64,000 bases of DNA from Candidatus Woesearchaeota archaeon (GTDB lineage Archaea > Nanobdellota > Nanobdellia > Woesearchaeales > ARS49): contig JAWADY010000002.1 of assembly GCA_038891615.1 (NCBI GenBank), forward strand, positions 64,994 through 128,993, written 5' to 3'. Shown one piece after another: positions 17,785-27,255 of this stretch. A program made the translations under genes and the position numbers. The notes beneath the pieces are model-generated. The model was given only the letters and a program-made list of their open reading frames with translations, did no database searches and was not told where the DNA came from. Numbering within the stretch: position 1 is the first letter of the stretch; each line of letters opens with the position of its first letter.

Positions 17785-18325
17785 AAGGCAACAAGCAAAC
17801 ATTTTTAGCAAAAAGGCTCAACTCCTTAGCCATCACACAAAATTTCTTTTCATAAGCCTTCCATTTGTTATTATCTCCGCTCTTGCGTTGTTTCTTCTCG
17901 CAAACAGGTTTCTTGAAATAAGAGTAAATACCTTTCCCCTCGAGGCAAACGCATTTGTTGAAAGCATACTCTACTCATCTGCTGGGCTGGCTTATGTTGA
18001 CAATGTAACCGGGATTACCTATTCTGGAATCATAGACATCACAAAACTTGAAGAAAAGGACATTGGAAAAAGGTTGTCTAAGGCTTTTAACTATGGTGAA
18101 GGGCAAAGTTACCTTGCAGCAAAGCTTCTGATTGGTGATAGGACAATTTTCTATAACAACGAACCAGAAGCACCTTGGTATGACCGCTGGAAACCAAAGG
18201 TTGGGCTCAAGGGTGCTGGCGGAGTGCAATCGGTTACTTTTGTTAAATATGTGCTCATCAAAAATGGAAGTATGTTAGAACCTGCAACCGTTTACATAGA
18301 GTTGCTCAAGCCTGGTGAGGGCTAA
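17747..18325 (+). CDS. Pilin-like protein (about 180-190 aa); start codon uncertain, possibly an internal GTG
   Basis: ...FSKKA|QLLSHHTKFLFISLPFVIISALALFLLAN. The single N-terminal hydrophobic helix follows a KKA|Q motif. No in-frame ATG after the upstream stop, so a non-ATG start is likely. Confidence 0.45.
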   Translation: MLRHFMVVFEVAERQQANIFSKKAQLLSHHTKFLFISLPFVIISALALFLLANRFLEIRVNTFPLEANAFVESILYSSAGLAYVDNVTGITYSGIIDITKLEEKDIGKRLSKAFNYGEGQSYLAAKLLIGDRTIFYNNEPEAPWYDRWKPKVGLKGAGGVQSVTFVKYVLIKNGSMLEPATVYIELLKPGEG

Positions 18326-18900
18326 TGGTAATAAATGGAAGAAAAGGCGTTGTTGGGGAGCTATTAGTTGCATTTCTCTCTTTTGCAGGCCTTGCTCTTA
18401 CAATCCTACTCTTCACTTTCATATTCTCTCCAGCAGACTTTCCTGGTCCTCAAACTTTGACCGTGCTTAATGAAGGAGAAACAGATGGCAAACTTAGACT
18501 GCTGACCATTCTTCGCTCACCAGTTGTTTTTGATGGGGAGAAAATAGATTTTGCAGACATGATTGCACTTTGGCAAGGAAAGCAAGAGCCGCTCGAAAGC
18601 ATTCTTCACTCAGAGCTTGAAAAGCTGCTTAATAACAAGCTAAGTTATGAGTTCGAGCATGCTGGTGTCAAATTTGTGCGCACTTATGCTTTTGCCATTT
18701 ATAGCATAAAAGACGATTTAAGTCGTGGCAAAGAACTAATGAAAGTAGAGGCAAGCGGCTATTCAGGAGGTAAAGAAATAGCCTCAACTCATGTTGCATT
18801 AAAGGATGGCAATGTGCTTGAGGTTGTGCTATTTTCAAGCGCGCAAAAAAAGCCATCCAAAACTCCTGTTTCGAGCGCTTCATCCATACCTATAAAATAA
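18325..18900 (+). CDS. Pilin-like protein (191 aa)
   Basis: MVINGRKG|VVGELLVAFLSFAGLALTILLFTFIF. Start overlaps the upstream stop. Confidence 0.5.
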   Translation: MVINGRKGVVGELLVAFLSFAGLALTILLFTFIFSPADFPGPQTLTVLNEGETDGKLRLLTILRSPVVFDGEKIDFADMIALWQGKQEPLESILHSELEKLLNNKLSYEFEHAGVKFVRTYAFAIYSIKDDLSRGKELMKVEASGYSGGKEIASTHVALKDGNVLEVVLFSSAQKKPSKTPVSSASSIPIK

Positions 18901-18901
18901 A

Positions 18902-19870
18902 ATGGTCAAATCAAACAAACGCGCAACAATCTTTTTTGAACCACTAATACTTTTGGGGTTAATCGTTGCTCTTAGCATCGCAGCTATTTCTGTTAGCCAA
19001 AAAAGGTCCTCTTTTGGAACAATTGGCAGACCAGCTGCTGACCTTCTTAATTACAATGACTTTGGTGAAGAACTTCTTTTTAAGGTTGAACAAGCAGCGA
19101 GGTTTGCAGTTCGCGATGCGCTTTATGAGTTGGGTGCAAATGGTTGGAGTGCTGAAGGTCCAAACTTAGGTTGTGATAGCCAGCCAATTGGCAAGCCTTT
19201 GCTTATCGAGAGCTTTCCTACACCACAGGAGATTGTTGAAGAACTAACAAAAATTTCTGATAGGAAGCTTAGGGCTTATTCGCTCAGGGCTTCGCAGCTC
19301 CTTGGTCTTGGGAGGTTGGGCTTCCACTTGCCAACAGGTATTGAATATGAGTGGTTTGTTGAGCACTCTGGTGGGCTGTTGAGAGTGAGTGGCATTGCTG
19401 ACAAGCCAGTTACCTTCTCATTTAGCTCATACGAGGTAGGTAAACCAACACTCTACGGCCAGCCGCTGCCACTGCCAACTGCTTCAGTTGTTTTTATTCC
19501 TCTTGAACGTCCAAAACAGCCAGAAGCCCTGCTCTTGCTTTATGGCAATTATTCGATAAGGCCGTCCTTCACAGTCTGGATAGATTACGACCTTTTCGGC
19601 GTCTATGAAAGAATAAAAGAAGGCGTTGAGCAACTCAAAACAATCATTCAGGAAAACAGGGCTCTTGGTTTTGAGGTGACAGACCTGGCGCTCAAAAACA
19701 AAGTCAAGGAGCTGAATTCTGCGCAGGGAGAGCTTGTTTGGCAAGTCCCTAAGAGGACAAGTGAAGATCCGGCTATCTACTCTTTTGTTATTTCTCATAA
19801 GAAGCAGCTTTTAGGATGCAGTCAGCCTATTCAAATAAGGTTTGCGATGAGAATTCCATTAGCTGCTTGA
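18902..19870 (+). CDS. Pilin-like protein (322 aa)
   Basis: MVKSNKRA|TIFFEPLILLGLIVALSIAAISV. Lies 1 nt after the upstream stop. Confidence 0.5.
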   Translation: MVKSNKRATIFFEPLILLGLIVALSIAAISVSQKRSSFGTIGRPAADLLNYNDFGEELLFKVEQAARFAVRDALYELGANGWSAEGPNLGCDSQPIGKPLLIESFPTPQEIVEELTKISDRKLRAYSLRASQLLGLGRLGFHLPTGIEYEWFVEHSGGLLRVSGIADKPVTFSFSSYEVGKPTLYGQPLPLPTASVVFIPLERPKQPEALLLLYGNYSIRPSFTVWIDYDLFGVYERIKEGVEQLKTIIQENRALGFEVTDLALKNKVKELNSAQGELVWQVPKRTSEDPAIYSFVISHKKQLLGCSQPIQIRFAMRIPLAA

Positions 19871-19947
19871 GGAAGAAGACTATTTGTCATTATTCTGAAT
19901 CACACAAATATTTATAAATTGCTTTCTGCTCGAGCAACTCATAAGGG

Positions 19948-21036
19948 GTGGTTGAACTGATAAGAATTCCTTATGCTGATATTGTTGAAAAGATAAAGTC
20001 AAAGACAGGCATGTCTGAAGAGGAGATAAGACACCTCGTTGAAGAGAAGCAAAGACAGCTTTCTGGCTTGATTTCAAAGGACGGAGCTGCGCACATCGTT
20101 GCAAACGAACTCGGGGTTAAGCTTTTTGAACATGGTAGCAGGTTGAAAATCAAAGAGCTATATCCAGAAATGCGAGCAATCGAGACTGTTGGCAAGGTTC
20201 TACAGGTTTTCCTGCCAAAGCAGTTTGTACGTGCGGATAACACTTTTGGAAACGTTGGAAGCTTTACGTTGGGCGATGAGACAGGCCACATAAGGGTTGT
20301 TTGTTGGGGAAAGAATGCTGAAGCAATGGCAGGGCTGAAGGTTGGGGATGTTGTTAGAATAATTTCTGGATATGTTCGCGAAAACAGAGGCCTAAGAGAG
20401 GTTCATCTTAATGACAATAGCTCACTCATTATTAATCCAGAAGGCATTGACATAACCGAGGTAAAACAACCCGCAGCCGCAATAAAAAAAGCAATTAAGG
20501 AACTTTCTGATGGGGATGAGAATATTGAAATAACAGGTACAGTTATACAGGTTTTTGATTTGAAGTTCTTTGAGTCGTGCCCTGATTGTGGTAAGAGGCT
20601 TAAGCAAGAAGGCTCTGAATGGTTTTGTAGGCTTCACAAGCGCGTGGAACCGACTTACTCTCCTGTTTTAAACTTGATCCTTGATGATGGAACAGATTCG
20701 ATACGCGTTGTTCTCTTCAGAAATCAGGTTGAAAGGCTTCTTGACAAAAGCACGCAAGATGTCCTCGCCTATAAGGGCTCTCCTGAAAGCTTTTCAGACT
20801 TCAAAACAGCTCTGCTTGGAGAAGTACTACGGCTCATCGGTCGGGTAAAACGCAATGAATTTTTTGACAGGCTTGAGTTCACTGCACAACGCGTTTTCAA
20901 AATTCAACCTGGTCAGGAAGAAGTAAAAGCCGAAGTGCAACCTGCTGAGACTGAAAGAACAGAGTTTAAGCCTGAAGAGCTTGAATTTACTAGTGCTGAG
21001 CACTGGTCACTGGACAACTCTGCGCAGAATATATAA
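19948..21036 (+). CDS. rpa: Replication protein A (archaeal ssDNA-binding protein) with OB fold and C4-type zinc ribbon
   Basis: N-terminal winged-helix-like region, OB-fold segment (GNVGSFTLGDETGHIRVVCWG), and Zn motif CPDCGKRL...CRLH typical of archaeal RPA. Confidence 0.75.
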   Translation: MVELIRIPYADIVEKIKSKTGMSEEEIRHLVEEKQRQLSGLISKDGAAHIVANELGVKLFEHGSRLKIKELYPEMRAIETVGKVLQVFLPKQFVRADNTFGNVGSFTLGDETGHIRVVCWGKNAEAMAGLKVGDVVRIISGYVRENRGLREVHLNDNSSLIINPEGIDITEVKQPAAAIKKAIKELSDGDENIEITGTVIQVFDLKFFESCPDCGKRLKQEGSEWFCRLHKRVEPTYSPVLNLILDDGTDSIRVVLFRNQVERLLDKSTQDVLAYKGSPESFSDFKTALLGEVLRLIGRVKRNEFFDRLEFTAQRVFKIQPGQEEVKAEVQPAETERTEFKPEELEFTSAEHWSLDNSAQNI

Positions 21037-21268
21037 GTTAAGCGATAAGTATTAAAGAATATGAAACAAACACTTGAAAGGTCAGCCCTGCTTTCGAGCA
21101 AGCTTTCGAATGACTCTCACTTAATGCTAAAAGATGTAAAAATGGTTAAAACAGAAGCAGAAAGGATGAAAAAAGCACGCCAATTTAGAAAGTTTTTCAA
21201 CTTTTCGTACAAAAGGCAAATAAAAACCACCTCTTGTAAAAGCAAAAAAGATTTGGAGGCGGTGAAAA

Positions 21269-21517
21269 ATGGAAAAGAAAATGCCTGAAAAGAAATTCAG
21301 GGCAGGCGCGGTTAGCGCAACGATATGGCTAAATGAAGGGTTAAGGGATGGGCAAATAGTCAACTACCCCACCGTGTGCTTTGAAAAGGTATACAAGGAC
21401 AAGTCTGGGCAGTGGAAATCGACAAATTCTTTAAACATGAGTGATATCCCCAAAGCAATAGTTGTGCTCTCAAAAGCTTTTGAGTTCCTTGCGCTCAAGT
21501 CAAAAGAAACTTCCTAA
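21269..21517 (+). CDS. Small protein (about 80 aa), possibly PC4/p15-like ssDNA-binding fold
   Basis: Pattern of beta-strands followed by a Gly-rich turn (KDKSGQWKSTNSL) and a C-terminal amphipathic helix (IPKAIVVLSKAFEFL) resembles PC4-family domains. Located between rpa and radA. Confidence 0.3.
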   Translation: MEKKMPEKKFRAGAVSATIWLNEGLRDGQIVNYPTVCFEKVYKDKSGQWKSTNSLNMSDIPKAIVVLSKAFEFLALKSKETS

Positions 21518-21538
21518 AAGCGATAAGGTGACCTCATA

Positions 21539-22525
21539 ATGCCTGGAAAGGAAGAAAGTGGAAAAAGAAAGATAACCTCTGTAGCGGACCTTCCAGGCAT
21601 AGGACCAGCAACGCTTGAAAAGCTTGAGGCTGCAGGCTTTAACGACTTGATGTCGGTTGCAGTTGCAACACCTGGCGAGCTTGTTGGAGCTGCAGAGATT
21701 TCAGAAGCAACTGCAAAGAAAATAATCTCAATTGCGCGAGCTAATCTTGAAATGGATTTTGCTTCAGGCGATGAACTTCTAAAGAGACGAGAAAATGTCA
21801 TGAGAATAACAACTGGCAGTAGCGCGCTTGACAAGCTTTTGGGCGGCGGGGTGGAGACTGCAGCCCTGACAGAAGCTTATGGGATGTATGGAAGCGGAAA
21901 AAGCCAGCTAGGCTTTGCGCTCGCAGTTAGATGTCAACTTCCGGTTGAAAAAGGTGGGCTTGGAGGATGTGCTGTTTTTATCGACACAGAAGGGACTTTC
22001 AGGCCAGAAAGGATATCTCAAATAGCCACCGCTCTTGGAATGTCTCCACAAGAAGTTCTAAAGAACATCAAAGTTGCACGAGCAATAAACGCAGACCATC
22101 AAATGCTTCTTGCTGAAAAAATTGAAGACTTGATAAAGAATCAAGGTTTGCCTGTCAAACTTGTTGTAATAGACAGTCTGACTGCTCATTTTAGGGCAGA
22201 ATTCGTTGGGCGAGGCACCCTTGCAGACAGGCAGCAGAAAATAAATAGGCACATGCACAGACTGCTGAGGCTCGCAGAACAGTACAATCTTGCGGTCTAT
22301 GTAACAAACCAGGTCATGTCAAAGCCTGATGTGTTCTTTGGAGACCCAACCGAAGCCATCGGTGGTAACATAGTTTTCCACAACAGCACCTACAGGCTCT
22401 ATCTAAGGAAAGGAAGAAAAGGCACACGTGTTGCAAAGATGGTTGATGCCCCAAACATTCCAGAATCAGAAGCCGTTTTCGTCATTGATGAGAGCGGTGT
22501 CCGTGACGCAAAAGGGCTTGATTGA
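21539..22525 (+). CDS. radA: DNA repair and recombination protein RadA
   Basis: N-terminal HhH (VADLPGIGPATLEKLEAAGF), Walker A GMYGSGKSQL, Walker B LVVIDSL, and the full RadA/Rad51 core. 328 aa. Confidence 0.9.
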   Translation: MPGKEESGKRKITSVADLPGIGPATLEKLEAAGFNDLMSVAVATPGELVGAAEISEATAKKIISIARANLEMDFASGDELLKRRENVMRITTGSSALDKLLGGGVETAALTEAYGMYGSGKSQLGFALAVRCQLPVEKGGLGGCAVFIDTEGTFRPERISQIATALGMSPQEVLKNIKVARAINADHQMLLAEKIEDLIKNQGLPVKLVVIDSLTAHFRAEFVGRGTLADRQQKINRHMHRLLRLAEQYNLAVYVTNQVMSKPDVFFGDPTEAIGGNIVFHNSTYRLYLRKGRKGTRVAKMVDAPNIPESEAVFVIDESGVRDAKGLD

Positions 22526-22754
22526 TTTTTGCTGGATAAAAAGGCATCGCAGCAATGCGACTTTGCGGCGAATTAAGATACAAAATGTTTGAGCTGGAAT
22601 TCAGAACTATGTTGCAAACCTTGAATAGGATTGAACATTTTGTGCACGGCAACGATAGGTTTAAATACGCCTAAGTCAAAGATTTTCAATGTTGTGTGTA
22701 GCTTATTCTACATGCAGCTCAATACAAAAATCGAAGAAAGGGTGAATAGATAAA

Positions 22755-23099
22755 ATGTACGGAAATTTTGGTGGGAGAGATTTCCGACCAAGAGGGGGCA
22801 TTGCTCCCATAAAGGTTGGAGAAGAGCTTGATGTAACCATCGAAGCTGTTGGAGAGAAAGGGGATGGCATAGCCAAAAAAAATGGCTTTGTCATCTTTGT
22901 GCCAAACACAAAGCAAGGCCAAAAAGTCCGCATACGAGTGACAAAAGTCCTTGCAAAGGTCGGTTTTGCAGAGGTCGTTGAAGCAGCCAAGGAAGCCCCT
23001 GCCCCAGCAGCTGAGCCAGCTGTTGAAGAGGTTGCTGAAGAAGCTCCTAGCTCTCCAGAAGACACTGAGACCTTTGGTGAAGAAGAGACAGAGGAATAG
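22755..23099 (+). CDS. TRAM-domain protein with acidic/Ala-Pro-rich C-terminal tail
   Basis: GEELDVTIEAVGEKGDGIAKKNGFVIFVPNTKQGQKVRIRVTKV matches the TRAM beta-barrel consensus. Low-complexity E/A/P tail. Confidence 0.65.
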   Translation: MYGNFGGRDFRPRGGIAPIKVGEELDVTIEAVGEKGDGIAKKNGFVIFVPNTKQGQKVRIRVTKVLAKVGFAEVVEAAKEAPAPAAEPAVEEVAEEAPSSPEDTETFGEEETEE

Positions 23100-23156
23100 T
23101 TACGTTTTGTTTTTTTTCGCAAATTTTTTATTATTCTTTTTATGCGGTCATGACTA

Positions 23157-23705
23157 ATGAGACTTTTTGTAGCAGTTGGTTTGCCGAAGGAGGTAAGTGA
23201 GCACTTGCACGAGCTCGCAGTGGCGCTTGCTTCTGAGCCTTCTGCTAAGGTTGCCCTTGCCGCTGGAAGCCATCTAACATTAAAATTTCTTGGAGAGCAA
23301 CCAGAAGAGAAGCTAGAAGAAATAAAGAGCCTGCTTTCTGAAATTAGTTTTGAGCCATTCGAGGGAGCGCTCAATGGTATTGGATGGTTTCCTGGAGGAA
23401 AAAGGATGCGTGTTATCTGGATTGGGATAAAACCAGAAGAAGCATTTTCTAAACTTCAACAAAAGGTGGAAAGCTCGCTTAAAAGCTTTGGCAAGGCAGA
23501 AGAAAGAGCCTTTTCTCCTCACATCACTTTGGCAAGAGTGAAGGCTATTTTTGACAAGGCTGCCTTTGCAAAAGCTGTTACAGAGCTCGGCAAGAGAGTG
23601 AAACAGCTTCGCTTTGTAGTTACCAGCTTTAGCCTTATGAAATCGACTCTAACCAAAAAAGGGGCTGTTTACGAGGAGTTGGCTAAATTTGTTGCAAAGG
23701 CTTGA
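23157..23705 (+). CDS. thpR: RNA 2',3'-cyclic phosphodiesterase / 2'-5' RNA ligase (LigT/ThpR, 2H phosphoesterase)
   Basis: Two H-x-T-x motifs (HLTLKFLG and HITLARV) at the expected spacing. About 180 aa. Confidence 0.7.
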   Translation: MRLFVAVGLPKEVSEHLHELAVALASEPSAKVALAAGSHLTLKFLGEQPEEKLEEIKSLLSEISFEPFEGALNGIGWFPGGKRMRVIWIGIKPEEAFSKLQQKVESSLKSFGKAEERAFSPHITLARVKAIFDKAAFAKAVTELGKRVKQLRFVVTSFSLMKSTLTKKGAVYEELAKFVAKA

Positions 23706-23814
23706 CAGAAATCTTTATAAAGGCTATTCAGTCGAATCTTGACAAAATAACCAACGCACAAAGCCTGCTTGGCTTTGCGCATCGGCTGTTGAGGTAGCCA
23801 AATTTGTTTATAAC

Positions 23815-24417
23815 ATGGCAGTCGAATCACAGTTTTTGGTCCCTCAAGAACTCTATCTTAAGTCCGGCATACACATAGGGACAAAGTTTAAGACTAGGTA
23901 TATGGCCCCCTTTATTTACAAGACAAGGCCTGACGGGCTTGCCGTGCTCAACCTGCAAAAAATAGACCAACGAATAGGTATTGCAGCAAACCTTCTCGCA
24001 CAATTTGCTCCAGAAGACATCGTTGTTGTTAGCAGGAGAGAGAATAGTTGGAAGGCTGTCAAGGCTTTTGGCAAGGTTGTTGGCTGCAGGGTGTTCGCTG
24101 GAAGATATCCCCCTGGAATAATTACAAATCCTAGGCTTGAAAGCTACATGGAGGCAAAGATTTTTCTTGTTACTGATGCCTGGCCTGATAGAAATGCAAT
24201 AAATGATGCTCTTTCGCTTGGTATCCCTGTAATTGCGCTCTGCGATACCAATAACACTGCAAACAACATCGACCTAGTCATTCCATGCAACAATAAGGGG
24301 AAGAAAAGTCTAGGTTTGCTTTTTTTCATACTAGCGAGGGAATATCTCCGAAGACGAGGTCTTCTTGGCAAGGACGAGGAGCCTAAATTTACCCTCGAAG
24401 ACTTTGTTGAGGAATAA
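23815..24417 (+). CDS. rps2: 30S ribosomal protein uS2
   Basis: N-terminal LVPQELYLKSGIHIGTKFKTRYMAPFIYKTRPDGLAVLNL matches the archaeal S2 signature (YL.AGVHIGT). About 200 aa. Confidence 0.8.
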   Translation: MAVESQFLVPQELYLKSGIHIGTKFKTRYMAPFIYKTRPDGLAVLNLQKIDQRIGIAANLLAQFAPEDIVVVSRRENSWKAVKAFGKVVGCRVFAGRYPPGIITNPRLESYMEAKIFLVTDAWPDRNAINDALSLGIPVIALCDTNNTANNIDLVIPCNNKGKKSLGLLFFILAREYLRRRGLLGKDEEPKFTLEDFVEE

Positions 24418-25162
24418 TTTTATCGACGGCAGCTTTTAGCCCTTCCGGCACAATCTCAAAAAGAAGTTCGCGTTCTCCAGCAATACTCCTGTGCTTGCGA
24501 AGGATTGCTTTTCTCAGTCCACCATGACCAATCTGAAGCTCAATAAGACACTTGCTGCCATACTTCAGAATGTCTCCTCCTACCATTGCCATCCTGCGGC
24601 CGCTGGCATGATTGCCATGCCACGCCAAAGGCTGTTCTAGCCTTTCCTCACGCTCAAATGTGCTATAAACCTGGTTTGTAAGAAGGACAGGGATTTTCTT
24701 CTTTCTCGCGATTTCAGTTAAGCCTGCAACCTGTAAGCCAAGCTCTCTATTAAAATTTCCACTACTGTTTCCTATCTTCCTTTCGAGCCTGTAGAGCATG
24801 GATATAGTATCGACAACAATCAATCCTATTTTCTGGTTTACCAGACTTTTCAGCCTTTCAATGCTTCTTTTTTGTTGTTGAAAGGTTGTTGGGTTTAGAA
24901 AAATTATTTTCTCTAAAATTGGCTTGTAGTTTTTGGCAAGCTGTTTCAGTCTTGCTACCGAGAAACCTCCTTCTGTATCAACAAATATTGTTTTTTTCCC
25001 ACGCTCTGCCGTTGCAATAGCAGCCAAAAGAGCGAGTGTTGTCTTTCCTGCCCCTGCAGGTCCATAAATTGTCGTAACAGCATCCTGCTCGTATCCACCT
25101 TCCAAAAAGGCATCAAGCAAAGAAGAGCCTGTCGGAACTCTCTGCTCGGTCAAGGTTACCAT
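24389..25162 (-). CDS. radB: RadB (RadA paralog, RecA-superfamily ATPase)
   Basis: VPTGSSLLDAFLEGGYEQDAVTTIYGPAGAGKTTLAL plus Walker B LIVVDTI. 257 aa and lacks the N-terminal HhH domain, as expected for RadB. Convergent 29-nt overlap with rps2. Confidence 0.75.
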   Translation of the reverse strand: MVTLTEQRVPTGSSLLDAFLEGGYEQDAVTTIYGPAGAGKTTLALLAAIATAERGKKTIFVDTEGGFSVARLKQLAKNYKPILEKIIFLNPTTFQQQKRSIERLKSLVNQKIGLIVVDTISMLYRLERKIGNSSGNFNRELGLQVAGLTEIARKKKIPVLLTNQVYSTFEREERLEQPLAWHGNHASGRRMAMVGGDILKYGSKCLIELQIGHGGLRKAILRKHRSIAGERELLFEIVPEGLKAAVDKIIPQQSLRG

Positions 25163-25299
25163 TTTGGATTAATTTTTTTTCAGATTTTATAACCTTTTTG
25201 TCTGTTCTGAGCGCATTCACAAAATTGAAACGAAACCATTGCCAAAGTCAGAGAAAAGTTTTTTAAGCCCTTTTCCGCACGCAACTAAAAAAGAGCACC

Positions 25300-26553
25300 A
25301 TGAACCCTATATTAAGTTTTTTTGTATGGACTGCTATATGTATTTCCCTTTACTTTTCAGTCTTTTGGCTACTTGTATTCATTGAGGGAGATGTTCAAAC
25401 AAGGCAGCGCACTACAAAGCTAAAGCGCTTTCCTTACATCTCCGTTGTAGTTCCTGCATTTAATGAGGAAACTCATATTACCGAAACCCTCCATTCCCTT
25501 CTCAATCTAGATTATCCAAAGAAAAGGCTTGAAATAATTGTAGTGGATGATGGGAGCACTGATCGCACAGCAGAGATGGTCCAAAGCATAGCCAGGAAAT
25601 TCAGCGACAGGAAGATAAAACTTATTCGCAAGGTAAATGGGGGAAAGGGAAGCGCGCTGAATGCAGGGCTCAAAAAGGCCAAAGGGGAGTTATTTGTCTG
25701 CATGGATGCGGATTCTATTGTGCTGCCTGACGCCCTCCGCAAAGCACTCATCCACTTTGAACCTGATGTGGCAGCAGTCCTGCCATTGCTGAAAGTGAAG
25801 AATCCAAAAGCTGTTGTTCAGAAAATGCAATGGTTTGAATACCTTATCAACATGTTTTACAAGAAGCTTCTTTCAAAGCTAAACTGCATTCATGTCGCAC
25901 CAGGCCCCTTCTCCGTCTACAGAACAGCCGTCCTTAAGGAGGTTGGCGGATTTGATGAGCACAATCTTACTGAAGACCTTGAGATGACCCTTCGTTTGCA
26001 ATCAAAGAACTATAGAATCGTTCAGCTTGATAACACCAGCGTGTACACAATCTCACCACATTCTTTTAAAGAGTTTTATAAACAGCGCAACAGATGGTAC
26101 AAAGGAACTCTTCTTAACCTTGCAAAATATAAACATATGATTTTTAACTCAAAGTATGGCGATTTCGGCCTATTTCAGCTTCCTTCTGTCCTGCTTACAG
26201 GGGTTGTTGCACTGATCCTTTTCTCCTCTTTTGTGTGGGACAAGCTAAAGCCTTCTTTCGATTTTCTGTACAGGCTCAAATTCGTTAACTTTGATTTTAT
26301 GACGCTACTCCGTGATTTTCATTTTGAAATAAAATTCTTAGATTTAGACATCCGATGGCTCTTCACTTTTGCGATTGTCATGACTCTCGCAATTTTCATC
26401 CTTATCAAGTCCCATCAGCTGACCAAGGAGCGCATTAAGCCAAAAAGCACCATCCCGCTTTTGATCTATCTTTTTGGTTACTATGCCCTGCTAACCATTG
26501 TTTGGATAACTGTTCTTTTTGAACTCGCAATTGGCAGAAGGCAGAGGTGGTAG
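25300..26553 (+). CDS. Family-2 processive glycosyltransferase (cellulose/chitin-synthase-like, QxxRW type), integral membrane
   Basis: VVVPAFNEE, DDGSTD, CMDADS and QRNRW motifs (the D, D, D, QxxRW signature). N- and C-terminal TM segments. Confidence 0.8.
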   Translation: MNPILSFFVWTAICISLYFSVFWLLVFIEGDVQTRQRTTKLKRFPYISVVVPAFNEETHITETLHSLLNLDYPKKRLEIIVVDDGSTDRTAEMVQSIARKFSDRKIKLIRKVNGGKGSALNAGLKKAKGELFVCMDADSIVLPDALRKALIHFEPDVAAVLPLLKVKNPKAVVQKMQWFEYLINMFYKKLLSKLNCIHVAPGPFSVYRTAVLKEVGGFDEHNLTEDLEMTLRLQSKNYRIVQLDNTSVYTISPHSFKEFYKQRNRWYKGTLLNLAKYKHMIFNSKYGDFGLFQLPSVLLTGVVALILFSSFVWDKLKPSFDFLYRLKFVNFDFMTLLRDFHFEIKFLDLDIRWLFTFAIVMTLAIFILIKSHQLTKERIKPKSTIPLLIYLFGYYALLTIVWITVLFELAIGRRQRW

Positions 26554-27249
26554 ATGGTTGAACGTACGATAAGCAAATCTAAATACATTCTTGCAGCTCT
26601 AATAACTGGCGTAATCTTTTTGCTTGGAATTGCCCTTGGCTTGGTTATTGAGGGCAAGAGGGTAACTTATGTTCAGGATTTTATGGATTCCCAACGAATT
26701 GAATTTACGAGCTCACAACTCCAATACAGCTATTTGAAGGAGCTAAACAGGAAGGATGATTGTCCTGCAATTTACGAGATATTTTATTCAAACCTGCGAA
26801 ACCTTGAGCGAACAGGAGCCCGCTTGGAAGGATACGCAGTCAACAGCAAAATAAATGACGAGGCTTTTAATCGCTTAAAGAGGGAGTACGTGCTTGAGGA
26901 ATTGCGATACTGGCTTCTTGCAAAACAAGCCAAAGAGTTGTGTGAAGACAAATTTATTACAATGCTGTATTTCTATTCGGATGATGAGCACTGTCCCCGC
27001 TGTGGCGACCAGGAATTCGTGCTGAACTATCTCAAAAAGGCTTTTGAACAGAAGCTACTTATTTTCTCACTTGATGAAAGGCTCAATGAGCCAATGATTT
27101 TGATTCTAAAAAAGCAATACAATCTAACAACTTTTCCAACCCTTATTGTTGAAGAAAAGAAATATGCTGGCTTCACTTCAAAGGATATCCTTCTTAAAGA
27201 GCTCTGCAGCAGACTTGATGCTCCACCTTGTGAGGCTTTAAGAAAGTAA
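26554..27249 (+). CDS. Membrane-anchored protein with C-terminal thioredoxin-like fold (CPRC active-site-like motif)
   Basis: N-terminal TM (ILAALITGVIFLLGIALGLVI). CPRC with a TFPTLIV (cis-Pro-like) segment about 44 aa downstream. Start overlaps the GT2 stop (GTAGATGG). Confidence 0.45.
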   Translation: MVERTISKSKYILAALITGVIFLLGIALGLVIEGKRVTYVQDFMDSQRIEFTSSQLQYSYLKELNRKDDCPAIYEIFYSNLRNLERTGARLEGYAVNSKINDEAFNRLKREYVLEELRYWLLAKQAKELCEDKFITMLYFYSDDEHCPRCGDQEFVLNYLKKAFEQKLLIFSLDERLNEPMILILKKQYNLTTFPTLIVEEKKYAGFTSKDILLKELCSRLDAPPCEALRK

Positions 27250-27255
27250 AATTTC

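Noticed and set aside
22526-22754. 229-bp intergenic region between radA and the TRAM gene as a possible ncRNA
   Set aside because: Contains only a short 4-bp hairpin and a TATA-like element. No convincing conserved secondary structure can be argued from sequence alone.
22703-23374. 223-aa minus-strand ORF rich in Ser/Ala/Thr overlapping the TRAM and LigT genes
   Set aside because: Low-complexity antisense read-through of two well-supported plus-strand genes (TRAM motif, 2H motifs). No start context or motifs.
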